From: Somniosus microcephalus
Lineage: Eukaryota
DNA length: 64,000 nt
Assembly (NCBI GenBank): GCA_052327205.1
Contig: CM126204.1
Coordinates: forward strand, 34,658,001-34,722,000
Direction: 5' to 3'
Shown here: one piece after another, positions 51,517-63,300 of the stretch
Numbering within the stretch: the first letter of the stretch is position 1
How the letters are laid out: every line of letters begins with the position of its first letter
The notes under the pieces: generated by a model
Told to the model about the DNA's origin: nothing
The model's input: only the letters and a program-made list of their open reading frames with translations
Databases searched by the model: none
Position numbers and translations under genes: made by a program

Positions 51517-52461
51517 TTCAACCTGCTGGTTTTATGATGCAAGGGTAAACCTGACCTTCAACCTGCTGGTTTTATAATGCAAGGGTAAACCTGACCTTCA
51601 ACCTGCTGGTTTTATGATGCAATGGGTAAACCTGACCTTCAACCTGCTGGTTTTATGATGCAAGGGTAAACCTGACCTTCAACCTGCTGGTTTTATGATG
51701 CAATGGGTAAACCTGACCTTCAACCTGCTGGTTTTATAATGCAAGGGTAAACCTGACCTTCAACCTGCTGGTTTTATGATGCAAGGGTAAACCTGACCTT
51801 CAACCTGCTGGTTTTATAATGCAAGGGTAAACCTGACCTTCAACCTGCTGGTTTTATGATGCAATGGGTAAACCTGACCTTCAACCTGCTGGTTTTATAA
51901 TGCAAGGGTAAACCTGACCTTCAACCTGCTGGTTTTATAATGCAAGGGTAAACCTGACCTTCAACCTGCTGGTTTTATGATGCAAGGGTAAACCTGACCT
52001 TCAACCTGCTGGTTTTATGATGCAAGGGTAAACCTGACCTTCAACCTGCTGGTTTTATGATGCAAGGGTAAACCTGACCTTCAACCTGCTGGTTTTATAA
52101 TGCAAGGGTAAACCTGACCTTCAACCTGCTGGTTTTATAATGCAAGGGTAAACCTGACCTTCAACCTGCTGGTTTTATGATGCAAGGGTAAACCTGACCT
52201 TCAACCTGCTGGTTTTATAATGCAAGGGTAAACCTGACCTTCAACCTGCTGGTTTTATGATGCAATGGGTAAACCTGACCTTCAACCTGCTGGTTTTATA
52301 ATGCAAGGGTAAACCTGACCTTCAACCTGCTGGTTTTATAATGCAAGGGTAAACCTGACCTTCAACCTGCTGGTTTTATGATGCAAGGGTAAACCTGACC
52401 ATCAACCTGCTGGTTTTATGATGCAAGGGTAAACCTGACCTTCAACCTGCTGGTTTTATGA
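51517..52461. repeat. Minisatellite, 40-bp unit TTCAACCTGCTGGTTTTATRATGCAAGGGTAAACCTGACC, about 23.5 copies
   Basis: Highly homogeneous tandem array; the variants are almost only ATG/ATA and CAAG/CAATG. Confidence 0.98.
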
Positions 52462-53624
52462 CACTCGACCTGGTAACACCTTCAGCCTGCTGATTTACTT
52501 ACTTCTCTACAAAACCTCCCCACACCCTGCCCCCCACAACTGCCCTCATGGTAGGCTTTCCCACAGTACATCCTTAGTTGGCGACCTGCCCCAGGTCTCT
52601 GTCAACACTCCGGGCAATCCGGCTATGAGCAGGTGCTCTTGAACAAGCCTGAGGGAACATCCCCATCCCTCCTTGTGAGGAAGTACCTGGTATCTGGAGC
52701 CTAATCAATCAAGATCGAGAACTCGCTACGCAAGAAAACCTTTTCCATAGAGTAAGTTATCAATTATGTAAAAATTATGCATACATGGAAAAGAGATAAT
52801 GAGGTACATTAAACTAATTAATCACCCACTAGTTCACTAGTAGCTTTAGGGGCACTACCTAACGGTGAGGTGTAAACAGCTGAACGGTAAGCTGGAGATA
52901 AGGCGGCTGATTTTTTTCACATCCTCCACTTTGTGAACAGTGAGGAGATGAGAGCTCGCGCTCAGCTGAATGATCACAGTACTCAGTTTATTTGGATCGC
53001 AGATGTTTCTGTATGCGCCCAATAAAGGAGACTGTTCTTACAGAACAAACTTCTTGGCAGCCATACAACAAACAGGTTATCTGGAGGGAGAGGAGGTGGG
53101 TGTCTATAAAGTCTTTTCATACACTTTCTCTATTAGCCAGGGAGTCATAAGCAACCTGAGGTCACGGCACATTAGAGAATGTAATGTAGGCCGGTTATAC
53201 TGCAGCCTCTACGTCAACGCACTGTGCCAATTTGGAACTGTGGTTTGAAGCTGCCAATCTGAGGGTCATTTGAGATTTGGCCACGTGGCATGTGACTACC
53301 TCGAGGAGGTCCTGGCACCCCTTGGGGTTTCACACCTGCTCCAGTATAATTCTAACCAGGGCAAAGTTGCCTGTTTAAACTTCATTTTTAAAAGTTCCCA
53401 GGTAGCTCTTCATCAATATTGAAAACTTCACTGGGACTCTGTTACCTCACTGATGTGTTTACGTGATGTAAAGTTGTGCTTTTTATACAATTTCCATACT
53501 GGTGAGAGTCATAAACAATGTCAGGTATTTTGGAGTTGTGAAAGAGCTGATTGATACCGGTTCTCAGGAATGATCCCATCAATAATGTGATTTGCACTAG
53601 ACATTGTAGTACAGTAAGCTTTAC

Positions 53625-55318
53625 AGAGGGTCTCCCATACACTGTGCCCTGTATAGAGGGTCTCCCATACACTGCCCTGTATAGAGGGTTTCCCATACAC
53701 TGCCCTGTATAGAGGGTCTCCCATACACTGTGCCCTGTATAGAGGGTTTCCCATACACTGTGCCCTGTATAGCGGGTCTCCCATACACTGTGCCCTGTAT
53801 AGAGGGTTTCCCATACACTGTGCCCTGTATAGAGGGTCTCACATACACTGTGCCCTGTATAGAGGGTCTCCCATACACTGTGCCCTGTATAGAGGGTCTC
53901 CCATACACTGTGCCTTGTATACAGGGTCTTCCATGCACTGTGCCCTGTATAGAGGGTCTCCCATACACTGTGCCCTGTATACAGGGTCTCCCATAAACTG
54001 CGCCCTGTATAGAGGGTCTCCCATACACTGTGCCCTGTATAGAGGGTCTCCCATACACTGTGCCCTGTATAGAGGGTCTCCCATACACTGTGCCTTGTAT
54101 ACAGGGTCTTCCATGCACTGTGCCCTGTATAGAGGGTCTCCCATACACTGTGCCCTGTATACAGGGTCTCCCATAAACTGCGCCCTGTATAGAGGGTCTC
54201 CCATACACTGTGCCCTGTATAGAGGGTCTCCCATACACTGCGCCCTGTATACAGGGTCTCCCATACACTGCGCCCTGTATAGAGGGTCTCCCATGCACTG
54301 TGCCCTGTATAGAGGGTCTCCCATACACTGTGCCCTGTATAGAGGGTCTCACATACACTGTGCCCTGTATAGAGGGTCTCCCATACACGGTGCCCTGTAC
54401 ACAGGGTCTCCCATACACTGCACCCTGTATAGAGGGTCTCCCATACACTGTGCCCTGTATAGAGGGTCTCACATACATGGTTCCCTGTACACAGGGTCTC
54501 CCATACACTGCGCCCTGTATAGAGGGTCTCCCATACATGTGCCCTGTATAGAGGGTCTCACATACACTGTGCCCTGTATAGTGGGTCTCCCATACACTGT
54601 GCCCTGTATACAGGGTCTCCCATACACTGTGCCCTGTATACAGGGTCTCCCATACACTGTGCCCTGTATAGAGGGTCTCCCATACACTGCGCCCTGTATA
54701 CAGGATCTCCCATACACTGTGCCCTGTATAGAGGGTCTCCCATACACTGTGCCCTGTATAGAGGGTCTCCCATACACTGTGCCCTGTATACAGGGTCTCC
54801 CATAAACTGCGCCCTGTATAGAGGGTCTCCCATAAACTGTGCCTTGTATACAGGGTCTCCCATACACTGTGCCCTGTATACAGGGTCTCCCATACACTGT
54901 GCCCTGTGTACAGGGTCTCCTATACACTGTGCCCTGTATAGAGGGTCTCCCATACACTGTGCCCTGTATACAGGGTCTCCCATACACTGTGCCCTGTATA
55001 GAGGGTCTCCCATACGCGGCGCCCTGTATACAGGGTCTCCCATACACTGTACCCTGTATAGAGGGTCTCCCATACACTGTGCCCTGTATACAGGGTCTCC
55101 CATACACTGTGCCCTGTATAGAGGGTCTCCCATACACGGCGCCCTGTACACAGGGTCTCCCATACACTGTGCCCTGTATACAGGGTCTCCCATACACTGT
55201 GCCCTGTATAGAGGGTCTCCCATACGCGGCGCCCTGTATACAGGGTCTCCCATACACTGTGCCCTGTATAGAGGGTCTTCCATACACGGTGCCCTGTATA
55301 GAGGGTCTCCCATACATT
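53625..55318. repeat. Minisatellite, 30-bp unit GGGTCTCCCATACACTGTGCCCTGTATAGA, about 56 copies
   Basis: Tandem array; source of the (YGRPSIQGTV)n ORFs. Confidence 0.98.
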
Positions 55319-56167
55319 GTGCGGTGCACTGCGTTTTCTGCCAGACTGATTGTGGCTAAGTTCTCGCTCACCCCTAAAGAACAGGGCACTAAAGTTCACT
55401 TTTACTGGTTTCATTCCTGACTTCCTTAAATTTCAACACCAACCCAATTATTGGGCTTTGTGTGCGACAAAACAGGATACCAGCAAAGGGAAAAAAACAA
55501 GTCAATTGTAGTGCAGGGGCTGCTGCCAACGTTAGGCATTGTGCAAAGACCTGCGGTCTCCGCCAGCAGCCAAGGAGAGTTCAGCCGAAGGTCCTTGACT
55601 CGGGGAAAACTTACTGAGGATGAAGGCTCAGACACGTTCCAAAGGCACAAGGCGCAGACAATTGGCTGGGCATTCACAAGCTGCTTTGGGCACCCAGATC
55701 CCCGTTGGGCTCTCAGAAACCCTCCGTTTATTCTGTTTCATAAAAAAAAAAATACCAGCAAACTAACTTTAGGAGCTGAGTATACGTACAGGCGATGGCT
55801 CGAAAGGAGCATAAACGCCGGCATGGACTGGCTGGACCGAATGACTTGTTTCTGTGCCGTATAGCCTATGTGATTGTTCAGAAATAAGGCTGTTGGTGTC
55901 AGAACGGGGCGAGTTGGAAGTCTTGGAAAAGCCTCTCAGGAACTTAGAAACAACAGTAAAGTTAGGAAAAACACAGAAACGGAATAGTTAGCCCAGTGCT
56001 GTTTAAGGGCGTATTTACACAGTCGCTAACTATGAGTAGTGTTTGTGAGGAAACTTTTGGAATATAAGCTCGCTTTTAAAACGGCTACAATTAATATTTA
56101 AGCTCCAATGTTTAGTGTGACACTGTAATAAACAATAATGAACACCAGTCCGAGGATACATGCAGCA

Positions 56168-56488
56168 TTCATAGAAACATAGAAGATAGGAGCAGGAGTA
56201 GGCCATTCGCCCCTCGAGCCTGCTCCGCCATTCAATGCGATCATGGCTGATCATCCAAATTCAGTACCTGGTCCCTGCCTTCTCCCCATATCCCTTGATC
56301 CCTTTAGCCTTAAGAAATATATCCAACTCCTTCTTGAATATATTTAATGAATTGGCCTCAACTGCCTTGTGTGGTAGAGAATTCCACAGGTTCACCACTC
56401 TCTGGGTGAAGAAATTCCTCCTCATCTTCTCATCTCAGTCCTAAATGGCTTACCCCTTATCCTTAGACTGTGACCCCTGGTTCTGGAC
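56168..56488 (-). mobile_element. Young CR1 LINE 3' end
   Basis: Nearly the same subfamily as the nested copy at 1203-1367 (TTCTATGT tail). Confidence 0.88.
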
Positions 56489-57000
56489 ATTCAAACTGAA
56501 AGCTACCACGGAAAGAAAATTGAGATCAGCAACACTTTTCAACTCACGGTTTAAAAAAAAAAGGCAGGCAGAAATAATTTGCGATTGACTGCAACATAAC
56601 TGCTTTTCTTCAAAAAGAAGGAACTGGAAGCATTTTTTAAGAGTTCCTGCATGTTAAACAAACCAAGTATTTTCATGTCATGAAGAAAAGGATTAGCCAC
56701 AGGTTTATGGCTGCTCGGTTAGTCCTGTGGACGGTAATCTAGGCACCGACAGATTTGCCAATTACCAGAGGATGCCTAGCAACAGCTGAGACTGCGGTGC
56801 AAAGTTAGGAGGCCGGTGTCCCTGTGAGCAACATATCAAGAGCAGGGCTGTGTAAACAACAACAGTGTAACTAGGAATAAGACCAAGTCTGTCCCGGGCT
56901 CACATTTACCACAACAACTTGTAGGTCCTGCTGCTATTATTAACACACCAGGTGGGCAGACATTTCCTTGAGAAGGCACTTGCCGGTCTGGCCCTGCAAT

Positions 57001-57886
57001 TAGGGTTGCCAACCCTCCAGGATTGGCCTGGAGACTCCAGGAATGGAACATGAATCTCCTGGATAACAACAGAAAATGCTGGAAAAACTCAGCAGGCCAG
57101 GCAACATCCTTGGAGAGAAATTAGATTCAACGTTTCGAGTCAAACCCTTTGTCAAGACTGGAAAGGCACAGGAAATGAAATAGATTAAGAGGCCAGGCTG
57201 GGAGAGAACAAAAGAGAAATGAAGAGACATTAAGAGGTATTCAAAACGAAACGAGATGGTGATAGGACTAATGGAGACAAAAGACAGCTCTAGATTAGGT
57301 GTGAAATGCGCTGGCAGAGTGGGAGACAGCTGCCATGTGGGAGAGAGAAAAAAGGGGGTGGGTTGGGGGTGGGAAAGGGCCAAGACAAAGGTGTGGATAA
57401 AAAAATAAGCAAAAATGTAATGGGGGCTGAGGTTATGATCTGAAATTGTTGAACTCGATATTGAGTCCGGAAGGCTGTAAAGTGCTTAATCGGAAGATGA
57501 GGTGCTGTTCCTCGAGCTTACGCTGAGCTTCCGTGGAACAGTGTAAGAGCCCGAGTACAGTGAGGTCCGAGTGGGAATGGGGCGGTGAATTAAAATGACA
57601 GGCGACCGGAAGCTCGGGGTCATCCTTACGGACTGAACGGAGGTGTTCTACAAAGCGGTCTCCTGGACCCTGCTGTGAGAGCAATCCAGGAGACCACTCA
57701 CAGCGGCATTAAAAACAAAATTGCCATGGTTTTATTTTTTTCATTTTCTTTGCGCACTTTCATTTATTAGTTCTAAGGAATACTGAAGATGAGGGTGGGG
57801 GTGGGCTGGGTGGTAACGGGCTGTTTGACTGGGCGTGGCAGGAGGTGAAACCTCCGGGAATATGTCTGAACAGAATGGCAACGCTG
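57001..57886. mobile_element. hAT (Blackjack-like) MITE interrupted by a Penelope element
   Basis: TAGGGTTGCCA ... TGGCAACGCTG termini with 8-bp TSD CCTGCAAT/TCTGCAAT. Confidence 0.75.
57064..57658 (-). mobile_element. Penelope-like element 3' fragment
   Basis: DRFVEHLRSVRKDDPELPVACHFNSPPHSHSDLTVLGLLHC..RKLEEQHLIFRLSTLQPSGLNIEFNNFRS*, flanked by a TCTCCTGGA duplication. Confidence 0.88.
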
Positions 57887-58233
57887 TCTGCAATGGACCT
57901 CGGTGGAATTTGCTGCTGCTGGTCAATGAAGCACCACAGAGCCTTTCTCCAGGGCTGCGCCACTTTCTCTCTCTCTCAAAAAAAAACCGCTCACCGTTTG
58001 GCAGCCGGCACCTGGGATCCACCAGCCTTCGTGGTACAATATGCACAGGCCTCAAGAGTAGGGTAATTGGCAACATTCTTTGATGACGGTGCCAATTAAA
58101 AATAAAAAAGAACAGGTACTAGCGCCCACGCACTTCGTGTTCCTTTCCAGGTAAAGGGGTGAGATTATAACTGGAAGCGCAAAGACCTCTGACACGCCCC
58201 GTTGATAATAGTGGCACCAACTCCTTCTGTAAG

Positions 58234-58629
58234 TAGGGTTGCCAACTCTGATTGGACTGTATTCCTGGAGGTGTCATCCCGTGACCTCCTGCCGCCAACC
58301 GCCCCGCCCCCACACTCCCGCCGCCACTGGTCGCCCGGCATGCCCATCCCCGCCTCCCCAGGGCAACTGGAAAGCCAACAGATTCCTCAGTACCCGATTG
58401 GATGATTCTTGACCGTCAGTCAAACAGCCTTTCTTCCTCCCCCCCCCCCCCCACCCCACGTCTGATATTTTTATAACTGGTAAACAAAAGCGCTGAAAGA
58501 AAATTTAAAAAACACAATTATTTTTAATGCTGCTATGAGTTTTCTCCCGGGTTGCTCACAGCAGTGTCCTGGAGATTAGTTTTTAATTCCTGGGGACTCC
58601 AGGGCAATCCTGGAGTGTTGGCGACCCTA
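58234..58629. mobile_element. hAT (Blackjack-like) MITE, same family as 57001, opposite orientation
   Basis: TAGGGTTGCCAAC ... GTTGGCGACCCTA TIRs; flanks TCTGTAAG/TCTGTAGT. Confidence 0.8.
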
Positions 58630-59186
58630 TCTGTAGTGGCTGTTTTATTGAATTGATAATGCCATCAGTGACTGATGCACGGTACCCTCGTAGTCAATGG
58701 CACTTGTTCAATTTTACATCGGACCACATTTTTGTGGGTCTTGGGAGTTGCTGTCGGATCTCCTGCTGAAGCTAAAAGTATAGACCCAGATTCCCTCCCG
58801 TGTTGCTATCGGTTTTGAACAACCTGAACACCGCACCCCCCCACCCCCGGACGAAGCCTCAATTCTGTGTGTCATCTGAACGACGGCAGCTCCAGCAGCA
58901 CAGCACTCTTCAGCACGACAGTGAATGTCAGCCTGGATTATGTGCTGTAATCCAGGACTAGGCCTTGAGCCCGTAACCTTCCGCACCAGAAGTCTGCCAC
59001 AAAAAAGGGAAGGGGCCAAACGAAGGGTAAGGCCAAACAGTAACACTCGGGCCAGGTCTCCTGACTGACTTCTCTGCTGAGGAATAGTGAGTGCTACCAT
59101 AATGAGAGGATTAGAAAATAAAATAAAACGTTAAGAAAAAAACAGTAAAGCAGGGATTTTCCATCCAACCCACAGTAGAACCATGA

Positions 59187-59412
59187 CTATCCACATTCCC
59201 ATTAGCAGCACTCGGGATTATCCACATTCCCATGAGCAGCACTCGGGATTATCCACATTCCCATGAGCAGCACTCGGGATTATCCACATTCCCATTAACA
59301 GCACTCGGGATTATCCACATTCCCATGAGCAGCACTCAGGATTATCCACATTCCCATGAGCAGCACTCGGGATTATCAACATTCCCATTAGCAGCACTCG
59401 GGATTATCCACA
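59187..59412. repeat. Minisatellite, 31-bp unit TTATCCACATTCCCATGAGCAGCACTCGGGA, about 7 copies
   Basis: Tandem array ending just before a solo LTR. Confidence 0.95.
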
Positions 59413-59419
59413 CTGCTAT

Positions 59420-59648
59420 TGACGTAAGAAAACTACTAGGCACTTGGCCTAAGCGTTAAACAAAGCTTTAATCAACTGTTTTACAACATGGAGGTCTAGT
59501 TGTGTCCTTCACTAGTTCCTGTTAAAGAATGTCCTGAGCAAGCTGGGCCCGTGCCCGAATATTTATACTCTCCCTGGACAGCGCCACCAGCAGGCCGCCC
59601 AGTATTATTTCATAAGTCATTTCCACATGAATGACAAGATTCATGTCA
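59420..59648 (-). mobile_element. Solo LTR, family A, copy 3
   Basis: TGAC...GTCA termini, perfect TSD GCTAT, intact TATAAATA and ATTAAA on the minus strand. Confidence 0.93.
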
Positions 59649-59859
59649 GCTATTATATGCATTGATTATTTGTGTGAATTTTCATGGAAATTACTTTTGC
59701 ATAAGCCAGCTAAAATTCAACTGAATGTTTTTAATTGATTTTTTCACAGACTCTAGTTCCTGATGTAGCAGGATATATAATTGTTATTCAGACGTATAGT
59801 GCCTGATAAATGTTACTATTCATGTAGCTTTGGGTGCAGCAGATGATCAGGAGTTGGGT

Positions 59860-60280
59860 TGTTAGCTACTCTGGCTTAGTTGCTATCAACCTTGCTTCTG
59901 AGTACGAAGGTTATGGCTTCAAGCTCCAGTCCCAGACTAGTGCTGCCACTGCCGTCTGAGAGAGTGCAGCATTATTGCAGCATTTCTCAGTTGATACGTT
60001 AAATCAAGCTCGGGTCTGCCTGTTTCAGTGATTCAGGTGGATGTGAAGGATCCTGTGGCACTATCCCAGTATCCGGATCAACATTCCTCCCTTAATCAAT
60101 ACCATCCGAAACAGGTTTAACTGATCATTTGTCCCATGGTTGTTTGTGGGATCTTGCTGTGTGTGTGGCTACATAACAACAGTCACTGCACTCCAAAAGT
60201 AATTTGTTGAATGTGAAATGCTTTGAGACATTTCTGAGAGATGAGACGAGGGAATCTATTGACTGCAGCCTTTCTTATAC
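59860..60280 (+). mobile_element. Diverged Deu-SINE
   Basis: Degenerate match to the SacSINE1-type head, core and tail. Confidence 0.6.
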
Positions 60281-60414
60281 TGCTGGAAACCTGACTGGCA
60301 AATTGAAAACCACCAATCATAAAAACCCAATGTACCAGATGAAGGATCGGTGGCGGAGTTCTGGCTACCTGCCTACTTCCTCTACCCCTCAGGAAGAGTC
60401 ACTTCCATCGTGAA

Positions 60415-60617
60415 AGAAAGACTTATGAAATAATACTGAGCAGCCTACGGGTGGCGCTGTCCAGGGAGAGTATAAATACTCGGGCATGGTCCCAGCTTGC
60501 GCAGGACATTCTTAACAGGAGCTAGTGAAGGACACAACTAGACCGCCATGTTGTAAAACAGTTGATTAAAGCTTTGTTTAACGCTTAGACCAAGTGCCTA
60601 GTAGTTTTCTTACGTCA
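60415..60617 (+). mobile_element. LTR family A, copy 4 (5' end missing)
   Basis: GACTTATGAAATAATACTG...TATAAATA...ATTAAA...TTACGTCA. No matching TSD found. Confidence 0.88.
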
Positions 60618-61427
60618 GCACATTATCGAGATTCCACTGCACTTGTTGGCTGCTACTGTCCTGATCGAATTTTAAGTTAGATCTCCTTATTTTCCATTTT
60701 GCAATAGTTCCTTTTTGTATTCTGGATTGCCATAAGTATTTCTATCTGGGAGGCTGCCTGCAAACTGCATTGTGATTGGAGCTAAGGCTGGAAGGTACAA
60801 TAAATATAAAATTCAAGGGAAAATGACAGCTCGAGTCACACATGAACCTGTGTGTGTGTCGGTGTTGAGAGATGGCAGACAGTGTGCGCCATGCTCTTGC
60901 GCCAATGACCAAGAACGTACAGATTTTCATGTTGGATCATGTGACTGTCCAGCCCTCTCATGAATCTGGTGATCGGACGCAGCAGAATACGACAAGTAGA
61001 ATTTGTAAGTGTGGTTGGAGTACACAGCCCACCTCAGCTGCCTGGCCGATCAGCAGAACATGTTTGGGGAGGGAATTCCCAGAGCTTAGGGCCTAGGCAG
61101 CTGAAGGTATGGCCGCCAACAGTGGCGTGATTAAAATCGGGGATGCGCAAGAGACCAGAATTGAAGGAGCACAGAGATCTCGGAGGGTTGTAGTAGGGCT
61201 GAAGCAGGTTACAGAGATAGGGAGGGCGAAGCTATGGAGGGATTTGAAGGCATAGATCAGTTTGGTGTCTCTCTCTCCCAAGACCTGGGACAGGTGAGGC
61301 CATCCGCCCCCCACTCCCAAAGGTCAAGTGCCCCCCACTCCCAAAGGTCAAGTGCCCGACTTCCACTCAGCATCTTTTCACTATGGCACAGCCAAGACTT
61401 GGGATTCAGCACGGGGGGTGGCATCAT

Positions 61428-62249
61428 GGGCTGGATTTTGTCAATGGGGAGCCTTTGTAGGCGGGACTCCCACTTTTTGGGTTGTAGTCCCACCTCCATC
61501 GACTTGTGGCCAACCCACGCTATTTTCCCTTGATTGACCTTGTTAAGCCCGCCCAGCGGGTTTAGCAGGACAATTAAGGGAAAGCCAGTTACAGGTGACG
61601 TCAGCGAGTGCTGTTTCATCTGTCAAGAGCTTTTGACAGGTGAAATGTCATCGTTTGACAGCTCTGTGAAGCTGTCAATCACTGACAATCTGTCTTCTAA
61701 GTTGTGTCTTTACTCAAGACTCAATTAGAAAGCCTTCCTGACCAGAAAGCAGAAGGCTGCAGCTTTTGACAGTTCAGCGGCCATTCTGCTTTCTGTGCCG
61801 GTGAGCTGAGGGACTCCCGAGACCTGAAGGGATGAAGCCTGCAGGAAGTAGTAAAGGTAAGTAAAACTTATTAAAACACTTTACACACACCTCACACACT
61901 TACCTCTGCACACATGCACTCATTACTCACCTGCACAACGGACATCTCGGCCCCTCCGACCCCCGCAGACCGACGGCCTGCCTCGCTGACCCTGGCGAGG
62001 TTTGGAGCCGTCGGGAAGCCCACACTTCAGTGCTCAAAATAGGGATTAGTCAAAAAACTGCCTGTTAACTACCTGTTAACAGGCAGTTAATTGGCATTAA
62101 TCGCCTTCCTGCCTCGAGGAGGCGGGACCCGGCGCGGGTTGGCTACCCGCCTTCTGGCAAGATGGCATGGGGGCGGGTTGGGCACCCGCCCCCAAATTCT
62201 GCCATTTTTCCGTCAGTCCCGCCTCCCCAGGGCTGGCAAAATCCAGCCT
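61428..62249. mobile_element. PIF/Harbinger-like non-autonomous DNA transposon (about 820 bp)
   Basis: TIR GGGCTGGATTTTG / CAAAATCCAGCCT with 3-bp TSD CAT. Confidence 0.7.
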
Positions 62250-62774
62250 CATCACCCAGTGGTGTAAAGGCAAATGCAAAGGCCACCAGATAGTTAGTAA
62301 TTACCACGGAGTCTGAAGAAGCGTTGAGCCTCACTGGAGGAAACAGTTAAAAGTTTTAATACAGCAAATAGCCACAGCCCTGTTGCTGATGCCGAGCAGC
62401 ACAACACAGGGCAACAGACAGCGCCTCAGCTGCCTGCTCACTGAACGCTGGCGATTATCATTACCCCAGGCCACTGTGGAACAGTGCCTAATTCTCTTAT
62501 TGAAGTGTGATTCAATAAGAGGCAGATTACAACACAACAAAACCGGTGATTAGGAAGATAATAGCAGGAAAGTACATCGCAGGATTAAATGAAACCCACG
62601 AGTGCACATAATACACAAAAAAACAAAACAACACATGGGGAAAAAAGGAGACTGACCAAACAGGAAACAAGGAGGCAGGAAACACACACACACACAAAAG
62701 TGACAGGAAGCGACTGCTTTGAGTCATCCCTCATGCTGCATTTATACCGTATTGCCCCTGGCGATCCCGACTTC

Positions 62775-63300
62775 GTGTCCTGGCCAGTGTTTATCCCTCA
62801 ACCAGCATCCCTAAAACAGATGATCTGGTCATTACTGCGTTGCAGTTTGTGGGACCTTGCTGAGTGCAACTTAGCTGCTCCGTTTCCTACACTACAACAG
62901 TGACTGTGCTTCAAAAAGTACTTCGCTGGTTGTAAAGGTGAGAACGTGGAACTCACTACCACAGGGAGTAGTTGAGGCGACTGGCATAGATGCATTTAAG
63001 GTAAAGCTAGATAAACACATGCGGGAGAAAGGAATAGAAGGGTATGTTGATGGGGTCAGATGAAGAAAGGTGGGAGGAGGCTCGTGTAGAGTGCAAACAC
63101 AGGCATAGACCAGTTGGGCCGAATGGCCTGTTTCTGTGCTGTAAATTCGATGTAACACTATGTAAAGCGCTTTGGGGGTGTCCAGAGGTCGTGAAAGGCG
63201 CTATATAAATAAAAAACTACTTGCATTTATAGTGCCTTTTATGGCCTCAGGATTTCCCAAATCGCTGTACAGCCAACGAAGTACTTTTGAAGTGTAATGT
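62775..63300. mobile_element. Deu-SINE 3' part split by a CR1 3' end (about 62935-63158), followed by an inverted Deu-SINE tail
   Basis: TGTAAAG is duplicated around the CR1 piece; SINE tail motifs occur on both strands. Confidence 0.7.

Noticed and set aside
51517-52461. CRISPR-like regular array
   Set aside because: There are no unique spacers and no cas genes, and the context is eukaryotic.
53621-55420. (YGRPSIQGTV)n and (MGDPLYRAQC)n ORFs
   Set aside because: They come from a 30-bp minisatellite that is open in multiple frames on both strands, with no splice or promoter evidence.
58165-58235. TIINGAC resembling CRIM1 exon 2 (CNIINGKCEC)
   Set aside because: The cysteine pattern and flanking residues do not match and the frame runs into a hAT TIR. 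Exon 2 appears to lie beyond the window.
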